Assembly: GCF_036321535.1 (NCBI RefSeq)
Contig: NC_087462.1
Span: 8,556,001-8,620,000 of the forward strand
Length of the DNA: 64,000 nt
Direction: 5' to 3'
Origin: Camelus dromedarius
Taxonomy: Eukaryota
The notes below the pieces were generated by a model that did not search any database, was not told the DNA's origin, and saw nothing but the letters and a program-made list of their open reading frames with translations. The first letter of the stretch is position 1. Every line of letters starts with the position of its first letter. Made by a program: the position numbers and the translations under genes. Of this stretch, positions 13,539-24,812 are shown piece by piece.

Positions 13539-14501
13539 ATGGAAAGCAGAAACCAAACAGGAATCAGAAACTTTCTCCTCCTGGGATTCACAGAGGAGCC
13601 AGACCTGCAGCCTCTCCTCTTTGGGCTGTTTCTGTCCATGTACCTGATCACGTTAACTGGGAACCTGCTCATCATCTTGGCCATCATCTCAGACTCCCAC
13701 CTCCACACTCCGATGTACTTCTTTCTCTCCAACCTTTCCTTTGCTGACTTTTGTTTCACTTCCACCACCATCCCAAAGATGCTGGTGAATATACAGACCC
13801 AGAGCAAAGTTATCACCTATGCAGGCTGCCTCAGCCAGACATATTTTTTCATTGTGTTTGGATGTCTGGACAATTTATTCCTGACTGTGATGGCCTATGA
13901 CCGCTTCGTGGCCATCTGTCATCCCCTGCACTACATGGTCATCATGAACCCCCAGCTCTGTAGGCTGCTGGCTCTGGGGTCCTGGTGCCTCAGCATCATG
14001 GTCTCCCTGCTTGATACCTTGACCCTTTTGAGGCTGTCTTTCTGCAGAAGCATGAATATCCCACACTTTTTTTGTGATCTTCCTGAAGTCCTGAAGCTCG
14101 CCTGTTCGGACACCCTCATCAGTAACATAGTGGAGTATTTTGTGACTGTTGTCATAGGTGTTCTTCCCCTCTCTGGGATCCTGTTTTCTTATTCTCTGAT
14201 TTTCTCCTCTATCCTGAGAATTTCATCAGCCAGGGGCAAGTACAAAGCCTTTTCCACCTGTGGGTCTCACCTCTCGGTGGTTTCCTTGTTCTATGGCACA
14301 GGCCTTGGGGTCTACCTCAGTTCTGCAGCCACTTCATCTCCTAGGACAAGGCTGGTGGCCTCGGCAATGTACACCATGGTCACTCCCATGCTGAACCCCT
14401 TCATCTACAGTTTGAGGAACAGGGACATGAAGGGGGCCCTGGGGAGGCTCCTCAACAGGGCAGCTCCTCTCAGTGCTGGGACCTTTGCAGGACTCTCATG
14501 A
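13539..14501 (+). CDS. OR7C2: Olfactory receptor 7C2 orthologue, intact 320 aa
   Basis: [16 protein letters not shown]...FGCLDN...[14 protein letters not shown]...[22 protein letters not shown] closely resembles recalled human OR7C2; position next to the SLC1A6 3' end matches human synteny. Confidence 0.85.
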   Translation: MESRNQTGIRNFLLLGFTEEPDLQPLLFGLFLSMYLITLTGNLLIILAIISDSHLHTPMYFFLSNLSFADFCFTSTTIPKMLVNIQTQSKVITYAGCLSQTYFFIVFGCLDNLFLTVMAYDRFVAICHPLHYMVIMNPQLCRLLALGSWCLSIMVSLLDTLTLLRLSFCRSMNIPHFFCDLPEVLKLACSDTLISNIVEYFVTVVIGVLPLSGILFSYSLIFSSILRISSARGKYKAFSTCGSHLSVVSLFYGTGLGVYLSSAATSSPRTRLVASAMYTMVTPMLNPFIYSLRNRDMKGALGRLLNRAAPLSAGTFAGLS

Positions 14502-14903
14502 GTAACTAGGTGCACAATACTGAGGACCATTTCCTTCATTTAATATTTTTATCTTTCCTAATATTCATGTTTTTAAAGCATAACTTTCCTTGGGTCTTCA
14601 CTGCCCTCTCTATTTTCCTTCAGGTTATATCTTGAGTTCCCTTTTCCACTTTGTAATCAGTCATTTTAATGTCATGAATAGAACCTGGTATTTTCTCAGT
14701 TGTCTTCAGGAATGACACAAATTTCTTAAAACATGAGGTGAATCATGCCTGAATTTACCTCCCTTCTTTGGGAGAGGTGGATGCTCAAGTGAAGCCTAAT
14801 ATGATTTAGAAAAAGTTAATGTCATGTTTCCTGAACAAAAGAGTCATGAAGTTGAGTTATACACATGGCAACTAGAATCATGTTACTCTCTGTTCACTTA
14901 ACT

Positions 14904-15756
14904 TGTGTTTTCCCCAGACCTTTTGCAAGGTCTCATATAATGTCCCACCTGGTTCATTAGGCTGCAAGAAAATAATGCTAAGAGGCCAAGGTCCACCCTT
15001 ATATAGTAAGGAGACAGAGCCCCCTGAGGCCAGCACGGGGATGTCCAAGTCAATTGGTCTAAAACGTCAAAAGCTGGTGCTACAAGTCCCAAATACTCAC
15101 CCCCATGGGAGCTACTTCCTCTATTTCCAGTTATCAGGTGTTTGAAGCAAAGGGTTCACACAGAGAATAAGGGGTGCTCAAAGCCTGCACAACCCAAAGA
15201 AAGGACTGGCCCTAGACAGCCTCCTGAAAGACGATCTCTGAGCCCCTGGACTATCCTGCCAGAAAAAAAGTCTTTCTGTTTTCCTAGGGCCTTAAGCCAA
15301 GCCAGGTGGCCTATGCTGACAGTGTAGCTGATGGTGAATACCTGCTTTTGTTCACCTGGGGCCCTGGGCAGTGCTGTATTAGTTTGACCTCTGAGGGAAG
15401 TAAAGAATGAGTCATGCAGGTCAGAGGGTACCCAACGCCTACGTGACAGACCTTGATGAAAACTCTGGGCACCAAGGCTCAGGTGGGCTCCCCTGGTTGG
15501 CTTCATACGTGTTGTGACCCATCGTTGCTGGGAGAATTAAGTACTGTCCATGCAGTTCCACTGGGAGAGCGCAGTTGGGAGCTCACACCTGGTCTCTCTT
15601 GGCCCCTGTCCCAGTCACTTTTTGCCTTTGCTGATTTTAATCTGTGTCATTTCACTGCAATAAACCATAAATGTGAGCATCACAGCTTTTTCGAGTTCTG
15701 TGAGTTCTTGTATCATATCATCGAGCCTGAAGGTGATCTTGGGGACCCCCGACACA
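14904..15756 (+). mobile_element. MER21-like solo LTR
   Basis: 3' end ...caataaaccataaatgtgagcatcacagctttttcgagttctgtgag...gcctgaaggtgatcttggggacccccgacaca is typical of MER21; 5' boundary uncertain. Confidence 0.65.
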
Positions 15757-15773
15757 GAGGCCATGGATATGGT

Positions 15774-15779
15774 TTTATT
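15774..15779 (-). terminator. Candidate SLC1A6 polyadenylation signal (AATAAA on minus strand)
   Basis: First tttatt on the + strand downstream of the SLC1A6 stop (about 350 nt). Confidence 0.5.
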
Positions 15780-16129
15780 ATGAGAAACAGTGGTTTTCCT
15801 TTACCTTCTACAGTTCCACCAGTCCTTGAGAAATTGAGGAACGTGAGCTGATCCCTCACCTTGTTGAACCTGAAGCTTCCCTTACCCCCAATCCCAGGGA
15901 AAACATTTCCTCCCCTGCCTTGCTCACAGCCCTCCCACAAATTCTCAGCATATGCTCAGAGAGAAACAAACACCTTAGACATTTTTCAGTCCTGCTCCTT
16001 TATGTCATTTTTCCCCAAACACGCTGGAAAGATGTGTGTTCATTGCACAGTCACTCAGGAAGTGGGTCTTCCCCAGGAACACCTCCCCGGGCCCCTTTGC
16101 TTCCCTCTGGACGGCAGAGCTGGGGGCCC

Positions 16130-16325
16130 TCACATGGCACTCTCGTTGCCTCCTCGTCCCCTGGACGCCCCCTTCTCTTGCGCCATGAGCGACTTGTAGG
16201 GCTTCCCCAGGCTGGGGAGGGTGAGCTCAGCCTCCTGCAGCTCCAGCTCCCGCTGAGACAAATGCTCAATGACAGCTGCTCCGATAGAGTCCCCCAGCAC
16301 ATTGGTCATCGTGCGAAGTCGGTCA
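16130..16325 (-). CDS. SLC1A6: SLC1A6 (EAAT4) last coding exon
   Basis: Minus strand reads (T)[64 protein letters not shown]; acceptor ccttccctccccag; phase fits upstream exon. Confidence 0.95.
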
Positions 16326-17089
16326 CTGGGGAGGGAAGGGGAAGAGAGAAGTTGCCTTTAGTCAAAGTTTGAGGAACTCCGCAGAGAAGAGGGTGAAGCA
16401 GCGGGGGACTACTTGTGCCTGGGAGTTGGGGCTCACATTTCAGTTCAATCCACAACCGCGTAAACCCAAACAGGTCCCTCCCTCTCTTTGTCCTCCATTT
16501 CCCCTCCTAACTAATGCTGGTTGGACCAACCTCTGACATGCTCAAGTTTGACCTTAGCAATGCAATTCTTTTAAAAAAATGTAATCATCTGATACAGAAA
16601 ATTAGGGGTCATGAGCTGAACAGTACATTGGATGAGGAAGGAAACCACTGTGAGTAAATAAGCCCAGGAGACCATCTGAATGGGAGTCAGAACCACCTGA
16701 CAGTTCCCATGTTGGGACAAAAGTCCAGACTTTTATATGTAAAAAAAAAGTATATGTTTTTAAAAGTTGAGAATTTTTTAAAAACTTTTGCAAGCCACGC
16801 TGCCTCCATGGATCATCTTTTTCTGACTTCTATATAAAACGGGTGTAACAGGCATTTTCTGGATGATGGATAAAGCCCTCATGGCTTATCTCCTCCCTGC
16901 CCTGCTTCCCAAGGTTAACTATGGAATTTGGGATCCAAAGGCAATGGCTTGTAGTATTTTCCAAGGCCTCATTTTCACTCTAAAATTCTAGAAGTCTGTC
17001 CTTGCTGGAATGAGAGACCGTGGGTAGTGAGTCTCGCAGGGAAAGCAGAGGGTTCAAGGAGACATAGCACCAGAGTCTGCAGGCACTCA

Positions 17090-17536
<447 letters not shown>

Positions 17537-18245
17537 TCAACTCAGGCAGCAATTGTGAAACAGGAGCTTGAGTTTCCTGTGTATGCATAGACTAGAAGTA
17601 GGCAGATCAGTATAGACAGGTCCAGTTGCCAGGAATGGAACTCTGGAAGGTGGGCCAAGTTTAGAGTTTAAAGAAAAAAACTGTCTATAGTGTTGAGTAA
17701 ATTTTTAAAAAATTATACATTTACATATATATGGTTTGGGAAAACTAAAGGTAAGACACATAGCAAACAAAAAAGATGGTGGTCCACCATTAAGTAGAGG
17801 GTCAGACCAGATCAAGAAGTAGGCTAGATTTTAGCTCCAGCATCAATTCAGATGCCGAGCAGGTGTGCTAAGAAAAATTATAAAACCACTGAGCTTGCCA
17901 GGAAAGGTGTTGGGCCCTGAGGTTGAAGCCCCTCTTCCTGGTGACCTCTGAAGCCCCTTCCCAAATTCTATAATCATGAACATTGGAGCTACTCAGGATG
18001 CTTAACCCAGATGATGTCTATATCAGAACAGTGATTGAGCAAACACTTGGGTTGGTGAACAGAGAATGGACTTTGGGGTCCAGCAGACTTTATTCATTAG
18101 CTATACACCCTTGGACATAAACTCAGAGCCTACACTTCTTCATCTATAGAATGAAAGACATATACCTCACTTGAGGGGTTATTATGAGCATCAAGAGAGA
18201 ACAGCACTTTGAGAATGGGGTCCCAAAAATGATTATTACCATTAT

Positions 18246-18445
18246 NNNNNNNNNNNNNNNNNNNNNNNNNNNNNNNNNNNNNNNNNNNNNNNNNNNNNNN
18301 NNNNNNNNNNNNNNNNNNNNNNNNNNNNNNNNNNNNNNNNNNNNNNNNNNNNNNNNNNNNNNNNNNNNNNNNNNNNNNNNNNNNNNNNNNNNNNNNNNNN
18401 NNNNNNNNNNNNNNNNNNNNNNNNNNNNNNNNNNNNNNNNNNNNN
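18246..18445. other. Exactly 200-N run, probable scaffolding gap of unknown size
   Basis: 55+60+60+25 = 200 N; the other 12 N-runs have irregular lengths (about 129-289) and most lie inside repeats. Confidence 0.6.
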
Positions 18446-19619
18446 CATTGGTCACAGTAGACACTAAGGGAAGGGCACATGAAATTGCTTTCTTTTTAAT
18501 TTCTTTTAAATCCAGAAGAAACATAGAAATAGGTAAAATAAATATATAACACATAACTATGTATTATTCATACTATATACAATGTAGTAGGTTATATGTC
18601 ATAGGATATAATTACATAAAATATTATAAATATTAAAATTATTAAAGTTATAACTTCAGCCTGGATTATATTCATCTTTATACCAATGCAAGAGATTTTT
18701 TTCAATTTTTAAAATTATGGTAAAATACACATAACAATATTTACCATCAGAAGCATTTTTAAGTGCCCGGCTCAGTGNNNNNNNNNNNNNNNNNNNNNNN
18801 NNNNNNNNNNNNNNNNNNNNNNNNNNNNNNNNNNNNNNNNNNNNNNNNNNNNNNNNNNNNNNNNNNNNNNNNNNNNNNNNNNNNNNNNNNNNNNNNNNNN
18901 NNNNNNNNNNNNNNNNNNNNNNNNNNNNNNNNNNNNNNNNNNTTAAATAATTTTTTATACTTTTTTACAGAGGAAGGGGTCCATGAAGGTGAAATGCCTC
19001 AGGTCCATGAAAGCCACAATTGGGTCCTGCAACTGCTCCATTAGATATTGGGTGCATCCCTGTCCTTCGTTTAGTCACTCAATCAACATCATCCAGTAGC
19101 ATCAACTGAAGCCATCAACTGAGCCCTAGAAGATATTTTTTTGCAATCCAGCGCCTTGTTGATTTTATTTCTAATAATTAAAAACCCATCTGTTTTCCTC
19201 CATCCCCTTCCTTACACATCCCTTTCACCTTCCAGTTTAAGTCATCATCAGTTCTTGCCTAGATGGTCCATAGCCTCCTGTTGCAGTCATTCCCCATAAA
19301 GCACAGACACATCTTGTCCAACATGAGCAGATTCTAGTCTACAGAGCAGGTCACTGCATCACCACCAACAGCACCCACCACTCCTAGAACAGTCTTCCTG
19401 TCTGAGTATTCTTTAACAATCATTCTCATTCTTTCTACTCTAAGGAAGATTTTGCTGCTTCTCAGAGATGTTGAACCATAGGGGAGAGGAGAGTAACTTT
19501 GTGAAGCAGTGAGTCCCTGACTCAGGAACAATCAAGCATGGGCTAGAATTTGCCGGGGACATTGTACTGAGAGTCACATAGGACTAAAACAGTAGTTCTC
19601 AACCAACAGAGGTTGGATA

Positions 19620-19850
19620 AAAACAGAAGATCTCAACTAGGAGCAATTAGGGCCCCCATGGGTCATTTGACTGTATCTAGAGGCATTTTGGGTTGTCACA
19701 ACTAGGGGGTAAGAGTTAGGGGATGCTGCTGGCATCTGTAGAGGCTGAGGATGCTAAATGTTCTGCAGTTCACAGGGCAAGATCCTAACCATGGCAAAGA
19801 ATTACTCAGCCAAAGACAATTAATTGTGTTAAGATTGAGAACCCCTGGAT
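19620..19850 (+). mobile_element. MER20 DNA transposon
   Basis: ...catttgactgtatctagaggcattttgggttgtcacaactaggggg...gatgctgctggcatc...ttaagattgagaacccctg. Confidence 0.65.
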
Positions 19851-19904
19851 TAAACTAAGTGCCTTTCAGAGTCATCTTCAAAGTCAAAGATTCTTTCTTC
19901 ATAA

Positions 19905-20270
19905 GAGCTTTTTTGAAATGTAATTGACAAATAAAAATTGTATCTATTTAAATGAGTACAACAATGTTTGATATATGTGCACATTGTCCAATGATCATCA
20001 CAATCAAGCTAATTAGCATGTTCATTACCTGGCATAGTTACCATTTTCTTCCATGTGTGTGGTAAGAATACTTAAGATCTACCCTCTCAGCAAATTTCAA
20101 TTACATAACACAGTATTGTTAACTAGGATCACCATGCTGTACACTAGATCTCCAGAACTTACTCACATTGCATAACTGAAAGTTTGTATCCTTGGACCAA
20201 CATCAGTCCCATTCCTTCCTCCCCCCAGCCCCTGGCAACAACCATGTAACTCTATGCTGTTATGAATTTG
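19905..20270 (-). mobile_element. L1M 3' end (antisense)
   Basis: ttgaaatgtaattgacaaataaaaattg...caaatttcaattacataacacagtattgttaact...ccagcccctggcaacaaccat. Confidence 0.75.
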
Positions 20271-21229
20271 CAAAGTCAAAAATTCTTGAGCAAATCCTGG
20301 AAGGAACTACCACATGTTGGGAATGGTCATTTCAGTTCATCCTTCTTTCTATTTAGGCTAACACCCCAAGATCCCATTATAAATACTTCTAGTTTAAACT
20401 CTAGGACCTCTGGACAATGAGTAGTTCTCTCCATTGTCTACAAGACTCATGGTCTTGTAAGTAAACCAAACAGTGAGTCATCTGCCCCATACACATCTAA
20501 TAAACACTGTGGAGATTCAAACAAGAGAGTGGAGATTTAAAATCTCCACTATGAAATGGGAAGAAGAGTTAACACTGAGCAATCCCTGGTCATTAGCAAA
20601 TGGCAAATCCTTCTGTGCAGAATATTAAAGACTTTCTTTTCTGGCAATCGAATAAGCTCCTTTTGTTCAAGAAAAGCTCAGATGTTGTTTGAAGGCATAT
20701 GTGTGCAACTAGTAGATAAATAATTCTTGGGATCTAATACACAGTACAGTCATTATAGACAACTGTATTATAAACATTAAACTTGCTAAGAGAGTATATC
20801 TTCATAACTCCCACCACTAGAAGAAATTGTAATCATGTGATGTGACAGAAGGGCTAACACTACCCTGGCAATCACATTGCAACATAAATGTATCAAATCA
20901 ATATGCTGTGCCCCTTAAACTTACACAATGTTAGATGTCAATTATAGCTCAATTTTTTAATAGTAAAACGACAAACTCAGGATTAAATTTGAGAGCTTAG
21001 AACTTTTTTTTTAAACTTGCAAGGAAGTCACACCTTCAGAAGACTGGATCTCAGAATTAAAATTTAGTACATATTTAAAAGCTAAGCCCACAAAAGTATT
21101 GTCATTTTGTTCAGTATTCTAATTGTTGGGGGAAAAGTAGTGGTTCCTTATTATGATTTAATGTAGGGGTCAGCATTGCAGAAAATCAAGAATATATTGT
21201 TTTCTTTTAAGGAGTCAGCAACATATGGT

Positions 21230-21740
21230 TGTATTAGTTATCTACCATTAGGTAACAAATCACCCAAAAACTCAGTGCCTTGAAACAACATTTATTATCT
21301 TTCAATTTTCTGTCCAAAGGTCTCTCACCAGACTGAAGTTAAGATGTCAGCTGGGCTGTGGTCTCCTCTGACAGCTCTACTGGGGGAGGCTGTGCTGCCA
21401 GGCTTACCCACAAGGTCCTGGTAAGATTCAGTTCCTCACAAGCTGTTGCCCAGAGACCACCCTTCATTCCTTGACACACAGGCCTCTGCAACATGGCAGC
21501 TCCATCATCAAAGCATGAAAAGCAAGGGAAATGAGACAAGCCAGAGAGAGCAAGACAAAAATCAGTCTTTTTGTAAAGTAACTTCAGAAATGACATCCCA
21601 TCACCTTTGAGATATGAGATATTCTATTCATTAAAACTAAGTCACTAGGTCTAGCCACACTCAAGGCAAGAAGGTTACAGAAGGCAGTGAGTACCAGGAA
21701 GTGAGGACCATTGGAAACAATGTCAGAAGCTGCCTCTCAT
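21230..21740 (+). mobile_element. MLT1-type MaLR LTR
   Basis: tgtattagttatctaccattaggtaacaaatcacccaaaaactcagtgccttgaaacaacatttattatc...gaccattggaaacaatgtcagaagctgcc. Confidence 0.75.
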
Positions 21741-22859
21741 AGGTCCCCATAGTTAATCTATTTGGGGTTTAGTTCTAGGCAAAACTTGTGAGTGATACAA
21801 GAAAAGACAAGGTGCGATTTGGAGGTGGTTTTCTCAGGATGCAAGGTGTTTTTCTGACTGTGCTATGTGATGTCCATGTTTAACCGTGGAGGGAAAAGGT
21901 AGAAGTTGATGGTAGGTTGATATTTCATTTTCTCACTTTATTCTTCTCTTTTTAAAGAAATTTCCTTATCCAGTGTCCTCCATAACTTCTGGCTTTGCCT
22001 CTGGGAAGGTCTTCTTTGTCCATTGTTCTCCCCAAAATACATCTTAAGAGGGCATAAGTGATGGAAACTTGGGGAGGAGGAGTGCAGATCTCAAAGTTCA
22101 CTTCCTGCTCATATAGATTTAGAGCCAGAGATGTTTTGGTTATTGAACAGTTATGGGTTTTTTGACACAAGCCAAACTTCTAAATTCTTCAATAATAAAC
22201 TTCTCTCAGAAAGTTAGTAGGCTTCCAGTCTATTGATTTCTGGTCGGTTCCAAATGCAAGGAATAACTTAATCAACAAGTTCATCCAAATATACTTAATA
22301 TGCCTAAACTTTCAGGATGGCTCCTGTTTCTCTCTTTCTCTCTCTCCTCTCCTTTCCTCACTCATCAAGCTCTCCTTCAGAAGAGCTTCAGTTCTTACAT
22401 TCACAGTGTTCTGCAACCATCACCACTATCTAGTTCCAAAACATTTCCGTCACTGCAAAATAAAACCCCACCCCCCACCTTAAGCAGTCACTACAGATTC
22501 CCGCTCACCCCAGCCCCTGGGAACCACTAATCTACTTTCTGCCTCTATGAATTTGCCCATTCTGGACACTTCACATAAAAGGAATCACACAACATGTGAG
22601 CTTTTGCGTCTGGCTTCTGTCATTCAGCACGATGTTTTCTCCGTCAGGACACTGGCTGGCTCCATTCTTAGTCCATCTTTTCTTTTCCTATGACTTTGCT
22701 GACAGCAGCAAGAAGTGGTCCACACACTCCAGCATTCTAAATTTTTAAAAACCATTTCCTCTAGAGCCACAGGCTTTATCAAGTGTTTTATTGTTGCAGA
22801 GCATGAGTGACCAGCTCTCCAGGATATACACATGTGTCCTCACCACTTCCTGATGACCC

Positions 22860-23070
22860 GGGGTTTCTCAGTCATGGCACTGTTGACATTTTTGGACCAA
22901 TTAATCCTTTGCACTGGGGCCTGTTCTGTGTATTGTGGGATATTTAGCAGCATCCTTGGCCCACTGAATGCCAGTGGCATCTCCCTCCAATTCAAGGCAA
23001 CCTAAAATGTTTCTAGACTTTGCCAAACATCCCACATAGAGGGGCAGAATTGGAGAATTGCTGCTGATTG
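22860..23070 (-). mobile_element. MER20 DNA transposon (antisense)
   Basis: ggtttctcagtcatggcactgttgacatttttggacc...gggatatttagcagcatccttggcc...ttgccaaacatccc. Confidence 0.65.
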
Positions 23071-23289
23071 AGAATCATTATACAAAGTCAGTGTCATATA
23101 TCTGGGGTTCTGCTGAGGAAACGTTCTTCTCCTGGTATGAAGTCTTGTATCAATTAGATTATAGATTTGTTTCTTAAAACAGAGACCCAGCATAACAGAG
23201 AGGCAAGGTAAGAGTCCAGGTCCGGAACGGGAATAGGGTCTCCACGATTACCTTGCTATGGCTTCCACCTTATGTTCCCCAGTGGCTGC

Positions 23290-23760
23290 CCAGTGACCCT
23301 CCTCACACCTGTGGCCAGCAGGAAAGAGAAAGGAAGAAGGAAATGAGTCCTGGGACCTTAGACCCCCACAGCCAGCCACATCAGGATGCAGCCCTGACCA
23401 CCAGGGGCAACACCAGCTCCAGGACATGTTGGGCCCCTCAGTCAGCCACCCCAAGATCAGGCCCCACCCACCAGCGGGTCATCACTAGCTACAGGACCCC
23501 TGGGACCTACAGCCAGAGACCTGAGGACCTGGCTCTGCCCACTAGTGGGTCGATACCAGCACCACCAGATCCTCTCCACTCCAGCTTGTCTCTCCAGCAG
23601 GCTGACACCAGGACCAGGACGTGCCAGGCCATGCGGCCATTCATGCTGGGACCCAGCCCAGCCCACCAGCAGCTGGCAGCCTCCACACAAGCCAGGGTCT
23701 GGCAACCAACCGGGCTGGGGGCCAGCCATGCCTACCAGCTTGCCCACAGTAGTCAGCCAC
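23290..23760 (+). mobile_element. GC-rich fragment resembling a laurasiatherian L1 5'UTR with internal sub-repeats
   Basis: Repeated ccaccagc/ccactagtggg/ccagcaggctgacaccagg...acc units; no L1 ORF1 follows. Confidence 0.45.
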
Positions 23761-24029
23761 CACATTTCATGGAATTCTGTGGAAGATGATGAGAAATGTT
23801 CTGGAACCTAGAAGAAGATGACAGAACACATGGAAAGGGGTTAAATAATTTACAAATGGAGATGCTGATACCCAGAAAGGAGAAACAACTTGGTGTAGGT
23901 CTCACGTTGAGCTTGTAGCAGGTTATGGCTGGAGTTGAGGTACCCCCCAACTCCCTGCTGAGAGTTCTCTTCACAATTCCATTCATTTTCTAGAGCTGCA
24001 GTCTGAGGAAGCAAACCATAAGGCTGTGG

Positions 24030-24445
24030 CTTTGACATGTAGGAACCAGGATACCACCTGACCCTTGAGAAGGAAGATCTTGGCTGAGGCTGGGTTGGGA
24101 GGGCACGGAGAAGCCAGAGAGGCTAGGGACAGCTACAGAACTATATTCTGTGAGTAGAAGTGATATGTGCAATATCCCAGTCATTCCAGTAAAGGAAAGG
24201 AACGTGCCCCACCCTGCCCCTTTCCTCTTTCCTGCCAACTGGAATGTGGGATGTGATGTTGGGAGCTGGGGAAGCCCATTTGGGCCTCAAGATAAAAACT
24301 GCATATTGAGGGAAGCAGAGCATCAAAATAGAGGGAGTTTGGCTTCCTGGTGATTGCTGGGCTTCCATTCCAGCTCTGGACCATCTATCTCTATTTTCAC
24401 ATGAAATAAAAAATGGCCTTTTATTTCTTAAGCCAGTTACAACAG
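24030..24445 (+). mobile_element. Old MLT1-type LTR
   Basis: cctttcctctttcctgccaactggaatgtgggatgtgatgttgggagctgg...tatttcttaagccagtt. Confidence 0.55.
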
Positions 24446-24498
24446 CCATTTTCTAAATAATACCCTTTAATAATACCCTTTAAAAATATTATTCCTGA

Positions 24499-24645
24499 GG
24501 GGGAAGATATAGCTCAATGGTAGAGTGCATACTTCGCTTGCATGAGGTCCTGGGTTCAATCCCCAGTACCTCAATTTAAAAAATAATAATAAAATAAAGT
24601 AAAATAAATAAATAAATAAACCTAATTACCCCCCCCAAAAAAAGA
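24499..24645 (+). mobile_element. Vic-1-type camelid tRNA-Ala-derived SINE
   Basis: A-box tagctcaatgg, B-box ggttcaatccc, (aaat)n, cctaattacc, A tail. Confidence 0.85.
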
Positions 24646-24678
24646 GTAGAACATAAAAAGTTGTTAATTTATTATTGC

Positions 24679-24812
24679 GGGGAGGGTGTAGCTCAGTGGT
24701 AGAGCACATGCTTAGCATGTACAAGGTCCTGGGTTCAATCCCCAGTACCTCCATTAAAAAATAAATAAATGAATAAACCTAATTACCTCCCCCTCCCCGC
24801 CAAAACAAACAA
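24679..24812 (+). mobile_element. Vic-1-type camelid tRNA-Ala-derived SINE
   Basis: ggggagggtgtagctcagtggtagagcacatgcttagcatg..aaggtcctgggttcaatccccagtacctcc + AT-rich tail. Confidence 0.9.

Noticed and set aside
18246-18445. N-run as a simple mask of the about 195-bp SLC1A6 exon 7
   Set aside because: Size and spacing are tempting, but other conserved exons are not masked, the flanks show no clear splice context, and the further upstream exons would still be missing.
23395-23412. CTCF-like ccaccaggggcaa
   Set aside because: The 3' half mismatches the consensus, and it lies inside a repeat-derived sub-repeat.
23253-23789. 178-aa ORF as a novel gene
   Set aside because: It is a low-complexity product of a GC-rich repeat fragment with no recognisable domain or splice context.
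24499-24812. Possible tRNA-Ala genes (also at 30810)
   Set aside because: They have A and B boxes but also divergent stems, an AT-rich body and an A tail, and occur as several dispersed copies, so they are SINEs rather than tRNA genes.
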